A stretch of DNA of 62,965 bases, filler included, from Octopus bimaculoides (Eukaryota): NCBI RefSeq assembly GCF_001194135.2. It is 6 parts of 6 records of this genome, joined end to end, with 100 filler letters (N's around TTAATTAATTAA, not from the genome) between each part and the next. Parts side by side here need not be neighbours in the genome. Positions count along the whole stretch, not along the records: positions 9,717 to 15,030 come from NC_068996.1; positions 15,131 to 27,329 come from NC_068983.1; 4 more parts are not named here. One strand, written 5' to 3'. The notes below the pieces were generated by a model, which was not told where the DNA came from, did not search any database, and saw nothing but the letters and a program-made list of their open reading frames with translations. Shown piece after piece: positions 11,390 through 25,701 of the stretch (position 1 is the first letter of the stretch; the number at the start of each line of letters is the position of its first letter). The position numbers and the translations under genes were made by a program.

Positions 11390-12770
11390 GAAGTCTTAGT
11401 CCCTTGTCTCTTCAGTGAGGCTTAACATCTGAAGATTATTTCTCGTCGCTTTGTCCCATGTCTTCTTGGGTCTTCCCCTTTCACAAGTTCCCTCAACAAT
11501 TAGAGATTGGTACTTCTTTATGCAGCTGTCCTCATCCATACACATCTCACGACCAGTCTTCTCTTTTGCACACTACATCTGATGCCTCTTATACCAATTT
11601 TTCTCTTAAGTTATTTACACTCTGCATTACATGCACACTGGTATTACCCATCCAGCGGAGCATATTGGTTTTATTTCTTTTCGCATATCTTCAGTAGTCA
11701 CAGCCCATGTCTCATTGCCATGTAGCATTACTGTACATAGGCATCATACATTCTGCTTTTTATTCTGAGGTAGAGGCTCCTTGTTACCAACAAAGGTAGC
11801 AGCACTTCGAACTTTGCCCAGCCTGTTCTTAATTTATCAATTATGCCTTCAGAACTTCCTCCTCCACTGCTGACTTGGTCACCTACATAATGGCAGCTAT
11901 CTATTATACTTCTAATGTGGAGGCACAATGGCACAATGGCCCAGTGGTTAGGGCAGCGGACTCATGGTTATAGGATCACGGTTTTGATTCCCAGACCAGG
12001 CGTTGTTAATGTTTATTGAGCGAAAACACCTAAAGCTCCACGAGGCTCCGGCAGGGTATGGTGGCGAACCCTGCTGTACTCTTTCACCACAACTTCCTCT
12101 CACCCTTTCTTCTTGTTTCTGTTGTACCTGTATTTCAAAGGGCCAGCCTTGTCACACTCTGTCATGTTGAATCTCCCTGTGAACTATGTTAAGGGTACAC
12201 ATGTCTGTGGAGTGCTCAGCCACTTGCACTTAATTTCACGAGCAGGCTGTTCCATTGATCGGATCAACTGAAACCTTCATCACCGTAATCGACGGAGTGC
12301 CACTATTTCTAAGGATTCTCCTGGGATTTAAGGAAATTATTTCTCTGTACATTCTTATAGTTTATTGTATCTGCACATCTGCCACACACACAAAAACTAT
12401 TTTCTCTGTTAATCTTCCTCTGATACCACAGCAGAGAAAGGCTAATTATCTTCCTAATTAATTGAACTATAACACTCTCTGTAATTTTCATGATCTGGTC
12501 CAGCAATTTGATACCTCTGTATTTATTTCTGTTTAAGGCATCACTTTTACCTTGACTATGGTATTGCTACATCAGTCATTGGGTATGACTCCCTCGTGTA
12601 CAACCTGATTAACTATATGGGTGACTAGACCATATCTCACTCTGCCAGATATTTTAAGCATCTCAGTGGTGACCCCTGAAGGGTGAGGGGCGTTCCCTGT
12701 CCTCATATTCTTAATTGCTTTATCTACTAAGCTACTGTTTCTTTGGATTGATGGTCCTCCTGATGAAAGA
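11390..12770 (-). mobile_element. Internally deleted RTE LINE, interrupted by a SINE
   Basis: The minus strand reads DKAIKNMRTGNAP...YRGIKLLDQIMKITES (12770-12450), jumps to the finger region, and resumes after the SINE with IDSCHYVGDQVSSGGG...WAKFEVLLPLL (11915-11400). Confidence 0.88.
11916..12303 (+). mobile_element. Full-length tRNA-derived SINE, family B (about 390 bp)
   Basis: tRNA-like head ggcccagtggttagggcagcggactc...gattcccagacc and end gacggagtgcc. A 9-bp TSD has one mismatch: tacttctaa (11907-11915) and tatttctaa (12304-12312). A second copy is at 61290. Confidence 0.92.
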
Positions 12771-13869
12771 AAATTATTTTATTCCACACAGAGAGGAGAG
12801 AGAACAGTGGCTGAAGGCAGAGAAAGGGGGCTGATTGGTTGAAATAATGTGGGTAGGGATGATGAGGAATGGAAGTAGTTCAGTGGTGAGAGGGACCTTT
12901 TGGGAAGGTAGGGATGTAATATGGTGATATTCTTGCAGGTGAGCACAGGAGTATTATAGATAGCAGGGGTGGGGTAGGGAGGAATGTTTGATATGTCAGG
13001 GAGAGGGGAGGGTTGTCATGATCTCACTTGTTCAAGCATGTCTGAGTGGTTTATAGAATATCATTTTTACTGTAATGAGCAGGTCTTCTGGTTCAAACAC
13101 CAAGCATCTCTGCTATAAAGCTTTGCATGCCCTTTGTGTTTAGGGCTCCTGTACCATGGAATCTGCCTTTGATTTGGAGTGAGTGAGAGAGAGAGAGAGA
13201 AAGCAAAAGAGAGACCTTTTGTTGCCAACAGAAGTAATAACGCTCTGGACTTTCTCCATTCTATTCTTATTCTAGTGTAGCAGTGATTCGAAACCTAACT
13301 ACTAGATACTCAGACAGACATTATAAATGAACCACGATAGTTTCACATAATTGGTCAATAAATTGACCAATTTGTGTGAGATTGTAGCATGATATGGTTT
13401 TCTTAATTGTTCTAGAATTAAACATCTTGTCTCCTATAAAAACTGTCTTGATACTTTAGGCAGTTGGCTGATTCACCTGCCTCCTCTCTTGCTATGTAGA
13501 TGGTTTCGAACATTTTTCCAGACAACTCCAGATTGTTAGACAGACCTGTTCTGAATGTTCATACAATGTCTCTCATAAGTTGTTTCTTCAGACACAGTGT
13601 GGTTTCTCTCTCTCCCTCTCTCTCATTGTCTGCAAATTTTTATGCTGTTCACTGTATAACAGTGAGTTATCACTTTTATAAAGTGGTGATTTTACCACTT
13701 TTATAAGGGTGATATTTTCTTATTTATATGGTTTCGACTTGGAAGAGGTAATAAATATAGATGGTTATAGAGTATGAATCTATAGTGATAAACACATTAC
13801 TTATAACTTAATTATAAGTATTAACACTATACATAAATCTTAACTCAGGTTGCGTAAACGCTGTGATGA

Positions 13870-14860
13870 ATTATACCCACCAAGATGCTGAATGTCCAGC
13901 CAAGCTATACAAATTTCTATTGGGTCAGTTTTGAAACATGAGGCCTAGCATTGTCCTGAAGGAAGATGACACTCTTCTGATTGGTCAGTTCTGGACATTT
14001 TTCATCAACTGCTGCCTTTAACTGGAAACAATAATTGTCTGAATTCAATTTCTGATTTTTGTGGAAGCTGCTTGTAATACACAATGCTCTTCCACTCTCA
14101 CCACACATACAGAACATCACCTTCTGCAGATACTGACCGCTTTTGGTGTGATTTGAAACTTATTCATTTTGTTTCCTTCAGGAACTTTTTAACTCCACAT
14201 TGTTGTAATTAATCCATCTTTTACCACTTGATATTATTCTCTTCAAAAATGGATTATTTATGTTTTTTGTGTTGTGTTAGACCAGAGAACCTCAGATGGA
14301 AATGCTGTCTATTAATTTTTTTTTGTTAAACTATGAGGTACCTAAACATCAAAGCAATTCACATATCCAATGCCTTATAACACTCATATGAGATATGTGG
14401 AACATCTCTGTGATTCGATTTGGTCATCACCAATAACTGTTGGCCTGCTGGAACATTCAGTCTTCCAGATCAAAATCTTCACCCCTAAACCTAGTGAACC
14501 ACTTACAAACAATTCTCTCAGCTGTGACACCATCTTCTTCATAAACTGCACATATCTTATTTGCTGTTTGAACACTGTTGTTTCCTTTCTTCTTCCATTT
14601 TCACTTTTAATGGTAAAAACAGTAGAAATGAACTTTCCACACAATTATCATATAGGAAGACATGTTGAAAAATTTCAGTTTTCAGAAAGTATGAATGTCT
14701 TATACCTCTGTACTTTTCATTGTTCAATACTCCAGGTTGTTCTGTACTGTAGGTTGATTCCCTCTGTGTCAATAATTTCCACAACAAACGGAAATATTTT
14801 ACAGTGTAATGTCTTTTTCATAAAAAACTCATTCTCTTCATTCAAATAATCAAAACATAC
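13870..14860 (-). mobile_element. Degenerate mariner transposase remnant
   Basis: Frameshifted HTH region (ICAVYEEDGVTAERIVCKWFTRF...SSRPTVIGDDQI) and catalytic region (QLKAAVDEKCPEL...VIFLQDNARPHVS). Confidence 0.85.
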
Positions 14861-15130
14861 TTTCACGATATATATATATATATATAATACAAATGATATG
14901 TGAGCATATGCATATATACATACATATATGTACATACCTACATCTACATGTATATATAGATGCATATCCAGGTACAGGACGTCAAAAAACGTGGACAAAA
15001 AAGGAACAGGAAATATATATATATATATATNNNNNNNNNNNNNNNNNNNNNNNNNNNNNNNNNNNNNNNNNNNNTTAATTAATTAANNNNNNNNNNNNNN
15101 NNNNNNNNNNNNNNNNNNNNNNNNNNNNNN

Positions 15131-15498
15131 GCAGATGACAACGTTTCTCTAAAAGAAATGGAAAAACTTTCAAAATGCAAAGACCTGGAAATAGAGATAA
15201 CTCGAATGTGGAATCTAAAAACAGAAACAATTCCTATCATAGTAGGTGCCTTAGGTATAATAAAAAAAATATTCAAATACATAACAAAAGCACCAGGACT
15301 TACAAATATATATATATAACATACAGAAAATTGCACTACTGGGTACTGCACACATTCTACGCAAAACACTTTCAATACAGTAAACATAAGAGCACCACAG
15401 TAAACCACAGCACATACCCAAGGCGCACAGAGCTGCGCTCGGTAGTGAAGTGAAAGCACGTTATAAAAATAAAACTACTGAACAATAATAATAATAAC
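15131..15498 (+). mobile_element. 3' end of an R4/Dong-type (restriction-like endonuclease) non-LTR retrotransposon
   Basis: Reads ADDNVSLKEMEKLSKCKDLEIEITRMWNLKTETIPIIVGALG...IQKIALLGTAHILRKTLSIQ*, then a 3' UTR and a (TAA)n tail. Confidence 0.88.
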
Positions 15499-15988
15499 GG
15501 GTGAATCCGACGGTAGTGAGTACTGATATTTAGGGATTTTGATGCTGGATGACATTCTACACAGAGAAATGAAAGTTAAAGTCAGCGTGGCGTATAAAAG
15601 AAAAAAGTTTAAAATGGTGTTGAAATTCAACATGAATGCTATAAATTTGATTAACGTAATGAATATTTGAGGAGTTGCGGTGGTCAGATATAATATGTTC
15701 ATTCGTATATCTACCCGACACACATTATGTTCTTTTAATTCTACTCCGCAAATACTTCATTGTAATGAATAAGAAAACTGGTCGGATCATCATGAGTCTG
15801 TGTGGACTTCTCTTGTTAGGAAAGATCCGTCTTTGAGATCGGTAAATGAGTGATCGAGACCTTCTTCCTATTCATATCTCTGCTCTCACTTGGAAACTAA
15901 ACTTCACTTGAAAATACAACAAATTCATGATTTTAAAATGCCTAATAGTAGTGAAAAGATGAAGAAATTTTTCGACAGCACCAAACGT

Positions 15989-16026
15989 ACAGCACTGACC
16001 TCAGACAGCACTGACCTCAGACAGCA
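15989..16026. repeat. 16-bp tandem duplication acagcactgacctcag
   Basis: Two exact copies plus a partial third. Confidence 0.9.
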
Positions 16027-18780
16027 GAGAATCGCACTTTTCAATGCATTCTTTTACCAACTCTAATGCGAAGAGTTAATCAACTGGTATCTTTGATATT
16101 TTGCCCATTGTCAAGTTTAAGTAAACCGCCATCTACCAACTTATACACAGATTGCTCTCGTAGCTTCTCCACAATTATGACGTTATAAATCACCTCACAT
16201 TTACCGCTGATTTTAAATCTATCTTCACAGCACTTTCTCGAAAAACAATTGCAGCCTAAAATTCACATGCAATATAAGTTACTATGTAATGCCACTCAAT
16301 AAGTTTCAGTGGATTGACTTGAAATTAACATCGGAAAACTTAACCAAGCCTGAGAAAAAAATTACCTGGCTATAATGTTCATGCATTTATATTTATTCCT
16401 TACCAGTACTCTGTCAGAAGTATAATTGTTGGAAGTGCACTCTTCGTACCCAAACGCCATCACATGTCAGATTTATTACAGAGAGATATTTGATTATGTC
16501 TTCTAAAATCTCCATTCTGTTAATAGATACGACAATATCAGGTGGCGAGTGATGTAAATTCTTACTATATTTGCATATAATTGGATAATACTCTTTTATA
16601 TATTTTAAAAATAAGTGCGCAGGTGTCATTCATGCACAAATGCATATCAAGTCAGAGCTGCACTGCATCCATTAACAGAGAACACAAAAACAGGCTTCAA
16701 TGCAGAAATGACAATTAGTAAAATTAAACAACAAAATCACAATCATCAGATATAATACAAAAATATTAATGTCATGAGCAACACCTACATAAATTCTTCC
16801 AAATGATTACACAATATTTCTATTCTATTTAATTAATGGCTCACTGATACAGGGTTATTAATTAACTACATGTTATATATGAATGATGGTGATAGTGCAT
16901 TTGCGGCTATGTCAGATCACATCCTACGTATCCGCCCTAGAACAAAATAAAACCACTAGAATGATATGCAAATATTCACATACCAACATGTAACAACAGT
17001 TAGTTAACAGATTCACTTTTTGTTCACCTCATAATTTAAGTCGAAAGCCTAGTAATCTGTTCCCATTAACAAGATATTTAGTGATTAACTTATTCACTTC
17101 ACATGAGTGCATTCAAATCACGTGTTTTTCTTGTGTTAGTCGTAAAGGCTTTCATTTCATAGCAGCCCACAAGCTAAACCTTTCATCCAATGTTAATTTC
17201 ACAGAAATATTACAGTCTCTAAATCCCTCTGTGTCCAATCTTTCTGGAAGCTCACCAGCAGATTTCTAAATTGAACTCTTACCCCATCGAGATTACACTT
17301 CAAGTCGGGAGAGTAGAGAACTTGGAGAACCATTTCCAGTAATCCTCTGAATAACTCAGAATATTAAGCTTCCGCACTCTGACTTACTTTGTATTGCACG
17401 TGGCTGTTGTAGCCAACGGCAAATCTTATAGGAATTTAACAACATTAATCGTTCAAAAAATATGAATAAGCTATCAAACTTTCTGCGTTGCTGTACTTCA
17501 CTATGGGAATTAGACAAAGAAATACAGTGTTTAGGAATGTATTGGATACATCACACGTTTATGGCTTACACTTTCTCAGTGGAATGATAACTATCTTAAC
17601 GGAAGGCGAACAGAAATATCTCTATAATTGCAAACACGAATAAAGAAATAAAACGCTGCTTAAACTTTCTTGATAACTTGAATCGTCATTGTTCACTGAA
17701 GCGTCGTGTTAAGGTCTTTTGTAATATACAGATAGCGAATTACAAGTGTCCCTAGATAATATATTGAATGAGATTTCAAATAAAGTATAAATATGCGAGA
17801 AAATGTAGAATGTCGTGAGAATATGATGAGGTAGAAAACTGACAATTCAGAGTTATATGAGTCAGCTATGAATTACAACTGTAATTGTAGAGGAGAGAAT
17901 GACTGTTGAAGGAGATATTTGGTCAAACATTATTGTGTATTGAAAGTAAACATAAATAAAGACGAAAGAAAAAAATGATTATATGAAAAATGTATTATAT
18001 GGCAGTGTATCGATGCTTATATATTGTGGAAGTGTAAAATTTGAATGAATATATGAGTGCTTCTTGCTTAACCCAAGGTTCGTCAGGTTTAAACATTCGA
18101 GTGCTTGTCGTTTAACTTCAGTTTGCTGGGATCAGGAAGATCTGTTATCAAAGACTTCCTGACTTTAACTATCATGTTCATATTTCTGTAGGATAGCATT
18201 AACAAATGTCTCCTTCCTGTTTTCGTCAGCTGGATATACTATTGTAAGGAGACTTGGCTGTTTTTTTTATGGCACGTCGAGTGACCGTACAAGCGTTTCG
18301 CACTGTATCTTCTAGGAACATGTTGACATAAATCAGAATTTCCAAGGGTAAATGAATAAACATATAAATGTAATGAATCTTACTGAGAAACAAGAGATTT
18401 GAGATATTTTTGTCAGGTTATTCTGTTTAAATGCTGTTTTTATTTTGACGTAGGAGCAAAGACTATCTCCCTAACCGTGGCCTCCAACATCTAAACAGAA
18501 TTGATTCTGATACAGACACGAATGTAGTAGGTGGTGGATTGAAAGGATTCAGGGCCGGTGCATACAAGGAACAGAGTGAAAAGTGGAAAAGTTCTCAAAA
18601 TATCATGTGGTAGCGTTAAACACAGGGATTGCCTACGGCTACCATATAAGCGTTACAGTCAGGGTTCCGCTAACGGTACCCAAGTATCCGACATTGACGT
18701 TAAAGGATTATGTGTATCTTCTACAGAAGTCCAACAGATTGAATTATGCTAAAGTGAGCTAAGTACCAGATAAATATGTT

Positions 18781-19150
18781 AAGGCGCAGAAGTAGCTGTG
18801 TGGTAAGTATCTTGCTTACCAACCACATGGCCCTGAGTTCAGTCCTACTCTATGGCACATTGGGCAAGTATCTTCTACTATATCCTCTAGCCGACCAAAT
18901 CATTGTGAGTGGATCAGGTAGATGGAAACTCAAAGAAACCCGTCGTATATGTATATGTGTGTGCTTATGTATGTGCATCTGTTTGTCCCCCAACATCCCT
19001 TGACAACCGATGCTGGTGTCTGTTTACGTTCCCGTAACTTAGCGGTTCGGCAAAATATTACGATAAAATAAGTACTAGGCTTACAAAGAATAAGTCCTGG
19101 GTTCGATTTGTTCGAGGTGAAATGGCCGAAACAAGTAAAATAATAAAAGA
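18781..19150 (+). mobile_element. SINE family A, near full length
   Basis: tRNA-like head aggcgcagaagtagctgtgtggtaag...gagttcagtcc, followed by body, TA/TG tract, core and a partly deleted tail. Confidence 0.9.
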
Positions 19151-20327
19151 ATGGGTCAGGTGCAAGACATCACGATAGTGTGGTGTTTGCGATAGATACA
19201 TTAATTCTAGGTGGTAGTATTAGACAAAGGAAAGAGCATCGTACCTGCCACACACGTGGGATTGTGCTAAAGTATCGTCTGCTGGTGTTCACCATTGCCA
19301 TTGATTAAAACTTATACGTAAGTACAACACAGTGAAGTCTGCTAAATATATTCATGCAGCAGTTGGAGTTGATAAACAGGAAGATATTTTACGTCATCCA
19401 CATAATTAAGAAAAATTGTTCTATGCTGAAGGATCTCAAGCACCGTGTAGAAATGTTAAAGTTGGTGATTTACTACGCCTCCAAAACTAGTGCAAAAGGG
19501 TGTACGCTGCTAATGGCATTCCAGTACCAGATGGTTAAGGTTTAAAACTGCTAAATCGGCGTCATATTGAGTCTATATTTCAGGTAATTGCAATAAGTAA
19601 AAAGTGGGCGTAGATATTTAAAATAGAATGAAATATTTAGGATCGGTAAATGATATAGTTTACAGAAGAAGTACTTAGAAATTTCTTCATAGAAATCTTT
19701 CTTCAACAATAGAATTATCTTGTTAAATTATATGAATATGGTAGAAAGGAAATTCCCGACACAGAAAATGACGACATGCAGAGGTTAAAAACAACCAGAA
19801 ACAGCTTCTCCTTCATTTAGTCTTTTAGAGAGAAAGGGAAACGAAGGAAGGAAACAAGAATGAATTTTGATTGGAATGTTTTCCTTTCCAGTTGCTGTTT
19901 AGATCACTGAATCTGTCAATAAATGCAGTATGAAATACGATCTTAATAGGCTTACACATTTCAAATACCCACAGACACACACAAACGCGCGCGCACACAC
20001 ACAATATACGAGCGTTCATATACACAAAAGGGCATGTGAATATAGGTGTAGATACATGTTTCTTCTTAAAGGTAGGTATGCTTTCTCACTCTCACTGTGT
20101 TTTTTCTCTCTCTCTTTCTTTGCCTGTCTGTCTGTATTTCTCTCTGTAATCTGTGCGTATATATATATATATACGTCGGTGCATTTGTCCGTTTGTCCGT
20201 GTATTGGTCTGTACATGCAGATACGTTTGTTTGCATAGGCACATACATGTCTCCATGTGCATACGAAAATGTATGCACATATATACATATATGTATATAT
20301 GTATACATATATGGGTATATCTATAAT

Positions 20328-20365
<38 letters not shown>

Positions 20366-23300
20366 CATGTATGCATATACCATGTTACCTCTTGATACAG
20401 AAGCCATTAGCGAAATATTTTATGTTCGCTCTGTCTCTTGAATTCGACAATATCAGCAATATCTGTTAAGTGGAAAATAGGATCTTTAAGTAACTGCTAC
20501 ATACAATTCACTATTACGACTTCCTAGTCAACAATATGCTCTCATGTTTCATTAAATGAAAACTGATAAATTTTTCCTCACCACTTGTGAAAGTAAATAT
20601 TCATTCAGCAATTCAGAACAAACAACATTCCTATTTGAATTCAGGTGGAAATTAGTTTATTTTACTCTCATGTTAATGTTTATTCATTTGGTTTTTATTC
20701 CTTTTAACTTAGATTGATTGCAGCGTCTGCTTTTAGTTATTTATTCATTTCTTCGTCTATTGAAATCTAAATCTATTGAAATTTCTTCTATCTTATTACT
20801 GACATTTTGTTTTATTGCAAAACATCAAATTCTTTAGTGTTTTAGTGAAGGAAGTCTCAATCTACAGAAATATTAAATACGTTATTTAAATAGTATTCCA
20901 TTGCTTTTCTCTGCTTTTAACATATTGGATATTTATAATATGTTAGACATTAGCAAATGTTTACTGCTTTCCGCTTTTTATTTGTACACTGTTTCATTGT
21001 CTCACATTTGTATTTTACGTTTTCCTGATGAGCTATTTTTTAAAGATGTTTATCATACAATTATGAGAAAAAAATCTGGAAAACTTTGAATATTTTCGAT
21101 GGGATATGATTTTTATACATGAAAGTCTTTTACACTCTGAACACTAATATTTTGTCTGAAAGAAGTGAAATTTCAACTTTATAAATATTATGTCCATTTA
21201 TTATATTACAACAGGCAATGGAACTGAAATTCAGATTGCAATTGCGTCTTTATAGAGTTATTTGAAATGGAAATCTGAAAATTTGTAACAAAAAGTGATC
21301 GCTTTACGTAAATATGCACGTGTGAGCGTTCAGTCGGTGTGCATAAGACATTACAAAATGCTTGATTTATCTATAACATTGCTTACAGATAATACATGTT
21401 TCACAGTTTTTATTTAGGAAATCGTAGTGCTTCCAAGAGAAACGCGAAACAAAACAATACATATATTTTCATGTATATATTACCAAATAAAGTGTCTCCG
21501 GATCAAACTGTGGACTGTTTTACGTTATTTTAAAAAATAGTTAGAACTAGAGATTTGTATGAATTCGTGCATTTTAAATTTCTATATGAGGTGCACGCAT
21601 GAAAGAAATATGTTAGCGTGCTATACAGCTGAATTAAATGAATAAATAGGAGGTAAAGAGGACACAAATCAGAGTCTTCTCTAATGAAAAAGTAACATGG
21701 GTTTATTGGGCCAAGATGGTAATGGATAGAATGTTTTGAATTATACAGGTAGTCACATAGAAGAACATAATCCCATGAGCTTGAAATGTTTCTCTTAAAT
21801 AAGGAAATACACAGTGGACATTACAGATTTGGATAAGTTCAGTCCAGGAAAAGAAATCGAATCTGACTACCAGTTGATCTGCAACGATATTATAAAAAAG
21901 AGAACTCTGAGGATTACACTTATTTGTTCAACGATGTATTTGCTGTAAATCCGCTTAAAGTAAAGTAAGCAAGTGTTTAACAAGAACGACAATAGCAAAA
22001 ATAGCATCAATAAAGGCGAGTAACACAACATTGCGAATCTAGAGACGAAATTTGTAGATAATAACGGTACAGTCTCTTTAAAACATTTATGTAGAGTGCA
22101 AGGAATACACAACAAAATGGACGGCATTGTTCCGTTTGAATTTGTTTTGAATTCATGTTCATTCAATCAGGTCTGATTTGAAGGTAAATAACAAGAACAG
22201 TAATAAGAACAACGAAAACAAACGGAAAACATCAGCAGCAAGAACATCCGCGGTAGTTGTAGCAGAGATACTCGTCTCTATAACATACAAGCAGCAGGCA
22301 ATTGAATATATTTCACGTCATTTGGATTTAAAATTTGGATTTAGACAGTTCAGTTCACAGCAACAGCTAAAGTACAATCGTCGCAAAAGAAGACAAACAT
22401 AAGCATTTGAAAGTGCTGAAAAATTTTAACATACATGGTAGAAAATTGAAAAACACACCAGTTAAATAAGTGTAATAGTTATCTCTAATCTAAAACAAAA
22501 TTACATATCTAAAATGCTTCAAATTTATCGCACATGAATATACGAACATACATATAACAACAACATATATATCTATAGATCTATATCCATATGTCTGTCC
22601 CTCCGTTGCCTATTTGTATCTGACTCCCATCTCTCACCATATTACTACTTCTCTCTATATATATATATATTCATATATATATGCAAGCTCATACATTGCG
22701 TCCTCACACACACATTACAGACAAGAAAATAAATTGTGAAGCAGATACACATACATATACATATATATAATATAAATAATATATATATGCATATATACAT
22801 ACATACATATATGAGTGTGTGTGAGAGAATGTGTTTTTGTTTGTGTGTAATATTTTTTTGCATCAGTTCTTGGATTAAGGCCATTCTAAAGACAATCTTC
22901 AATTGTTTTTGTCAAACAGACGACCACTCGTTCTCAGCAAAATAAAACATTCACNNNNNNNNNNNNNNNNNNNNNNNNNNNNNNNNNNNNNNNNNNNNNN
23001 NNNNNNNNNNNNNNNNNNNNNNNNNNNNNNNNNNNNNNNNNNNNNNNNNNNNNNNNNNNNNNNNNNNNNNNNNNNNNNNNNNNNNNNNNNNNNNNNNNNN
23101 NNNNNNNNNNNNNNNNNNNNNNNNNNNNNNNNNNNNNNNNNNNNNNNNNNNNNNNNNNNNNNNNNNNNNNNNNNNNNNNNNNNNNNNNNNNNNNNNNNNN
23201 NNNNNNNNNNNCAAAAGAAAGGAAGAAAAGAAAAAGAAAGAAAGAACCAAAGCACAGGTGTCCATGGCAGACTATGTTATTTTGCCAACATGGTTTACAT

Positions 23301-23829
23301 ATAGAAGTACAAAGTACATAAGGAATTAGAGGATGAACAGAAGTCTAATCTTACAGCTGTTACGGCCTAGTTTTGGCAGGCCCCATTCTATCCGAATATT
23401 CCTTTCCGGAGTGATTATCGGATGACATTTTGAAATGGGGTTACATGCCCGAACCTCTAGGCCTCTTCAGAGATTCACAAAGGGTTACATACAGATGTAG
23501 AGCAAGAGGTAAAAACAGAGGTGTGGTAGAGACCAGAAGAAAAACAACATATTTTATACATACATATATGAGTGTGTGTGAGAGAATGTGTTTTTGTTTG
23601 TGTGTAATATTTTTTTGCATCAGTTCTTGGATTAAGGCCATTCTAAAGACAATCTTCAATTGTTTTTGTCAAACAGACGACCACTCGTTCTCAGCAAAAT
23701 AAAACATTCACGAAGAAATGCGCACACACACATGCCCTGATATTCACGCAGACATACATGCATACACACACATACAAACACATACACACAGCAGTGCACT
23801 CACACACACGCAGACACACATAAAAAGTG

Positions 23830-23975
23830 TTTCCACATAACTTCGGTCTAAAAAAGTCACTTCAACGCATTTCTTGGCCCTGATCTACAGTGGAAGACTA
23901 TTGCCCAATGTAGAGCCTAGTCGTACTGAATTCTAAAAATAAAACGTGGATGCAAAGCCAGTTTCTTAACCACAA
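23830..23975 (-). mobile_element. SINE family A head and body, degenerate
   Basis: Reverse complement resembles tgtggttaag...gggcaatagtcttccactgtag. Confidence 0.5.
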
Positions 23976-24055
23976 AACTTTGAGATGCTGGTCTATATGG
24001 TTTTATCATTATAGCTGTATCTATTATTCTGTCTATCTATCTATCTATCTATCTG

Positions 24056-24104
<49 letters not shown>

Positions 24105-25420
24105 TTATCTATCTATCTATCATTCGATCGATCGTTCTGTCAGTCTGCCTGTCTGTCCGTAGATAGACACATATATACTCGGTAGTAGAAAATATGAATT
24201 TTAATTGAAATTATAATATTGAAGAAAACTTGTTCCAATTCATAGAAACGTACATCTGTGTGAATTTAGAGATCAAGGTTCTGGGTCTTGTGAAATTATT
24301 ATAGAAATCTTTTTTTTCTTTATCGCTGGCGCAACATTAATCGTATATGAAATTCATGGTCTTTATAGAATAAGAATTATGGAAGAAATGCAAAATCCAG
24401 AAGCTTTATAGATTGATTTCCTTATATTTTCTATATATCCATTATATTGCACTTCAGTAATCGTGGAATGGCTTCTTAGCATATATTCTGGTTTTATACA
24501 TACGCTATAGAATATATTACTACGCACATGCGCCACAATAGATTTAACACGTAATCGGAATTCATTCAAACACTTCATTTCTCTCTTCACCGTTTCATCC
24601 AAAATAAAAAAAATAAAAAACACATGATAATCAGTATATCATACTTTGTAGACTTCACTAAAAGAGGTTAATTACACACTCTCAAAATCTGGAATACCAC
24701 ATATTTTGAAACAATAATGGAACGCATCATTGTTACAATAACACCTTATGTGATTCAACGTGAAACTACTGTTTAAGAAATTGTCAATGCTTCCCTTTAT
24801 GTACTTCAATAGGTGAGTTATTTGCCTGTATGCTTATGTGTTTCGGTACCTTTATGCATGCGTGTGTGTGAGGGAGTAATTATCTTAATAAATCGACACT
24901 TTAAGCTGAAGCAAGAAGCCCATAAGATATAACTTTTAGTAGCTTCCATGCAGATGAGTGTATTATAAAGATATCAGATGACATTTGTACAATAATATTT
25001 AATGTTCCAACTATATATAAGATATCACTTCAAGTTAATAGTTGTCTGGATTTTGTTATATATTTTGTCATGTAGGTCGTGGAAATATTGTTCAGACAGT
25101 AATAAACAACGTAATTAAATAGTGCTGGAGCGTGTTAGATATTTGCTTAGTTGTCTAGCTGAGAATCATGACAGGGTATCGAAATTTCAACAGACGGCGT
25201 ATACATTGATCAGCGAGTTCTCAAGTGGAAAGGACATTGATAACATCTTTAGTTTTAAAGTATTTAAATAATAAATGATTACCTCATCATGATTGACAGG
25301 GAAACATCCAAACAATGTGCAAAAACAAAAGAGAAACATTTTAAGATCAACGATGTGCGTATGTTGAATGTGTATGCATGCACGAGTTTGAAAATATACC
25401 GATGTTTGTGTGTGTGTGTA

Positions 25421-25506
25421 CGTGTGTCCTTCCGTGTGTGTGTGTCCTTTCGTGTGTGTGTGTCCTTTCGTGTGTGTGTGTCCTTTCGTGTGTGTGTGTC
25501 CGTGCG
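25421..25506. repeat. 18-bp minisatellite (cgtgtgtgtgtgtccttt), about 4-5 copies
   Basis: Directly visible. It produces the KGHTHT repeats in ORF 25187-25564. Confidence 0.9.
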
Positions 25507-25637
25507 TTTGTAAGGTAATTTTGTAAATCAGTGAAGCCTTAGAAAAATATAGTGATCTGTACATTCATTAATGGTGTGTTCTATTATATATTTCGATCGC
25601 AAAAAATATCTATCTATCTATGTTTCTCTCTCTCTCA

Positions 25638-25701
<64 letters not shown>

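Noticed and set aside
11916-11995. tRNA-like sequences at SINE heads (also 18781, 43252, 61290)
   Set aside because: These are SINE promoter regions with no complete cloverleaf, so they are not tRNA genes.
21867-22166. 99-aa hydrophobic ORF on the minus strand
   Set aside because: The strand is T-rich with few possible stops, no family motif is recognisable, and several overlapping frames are equally open.
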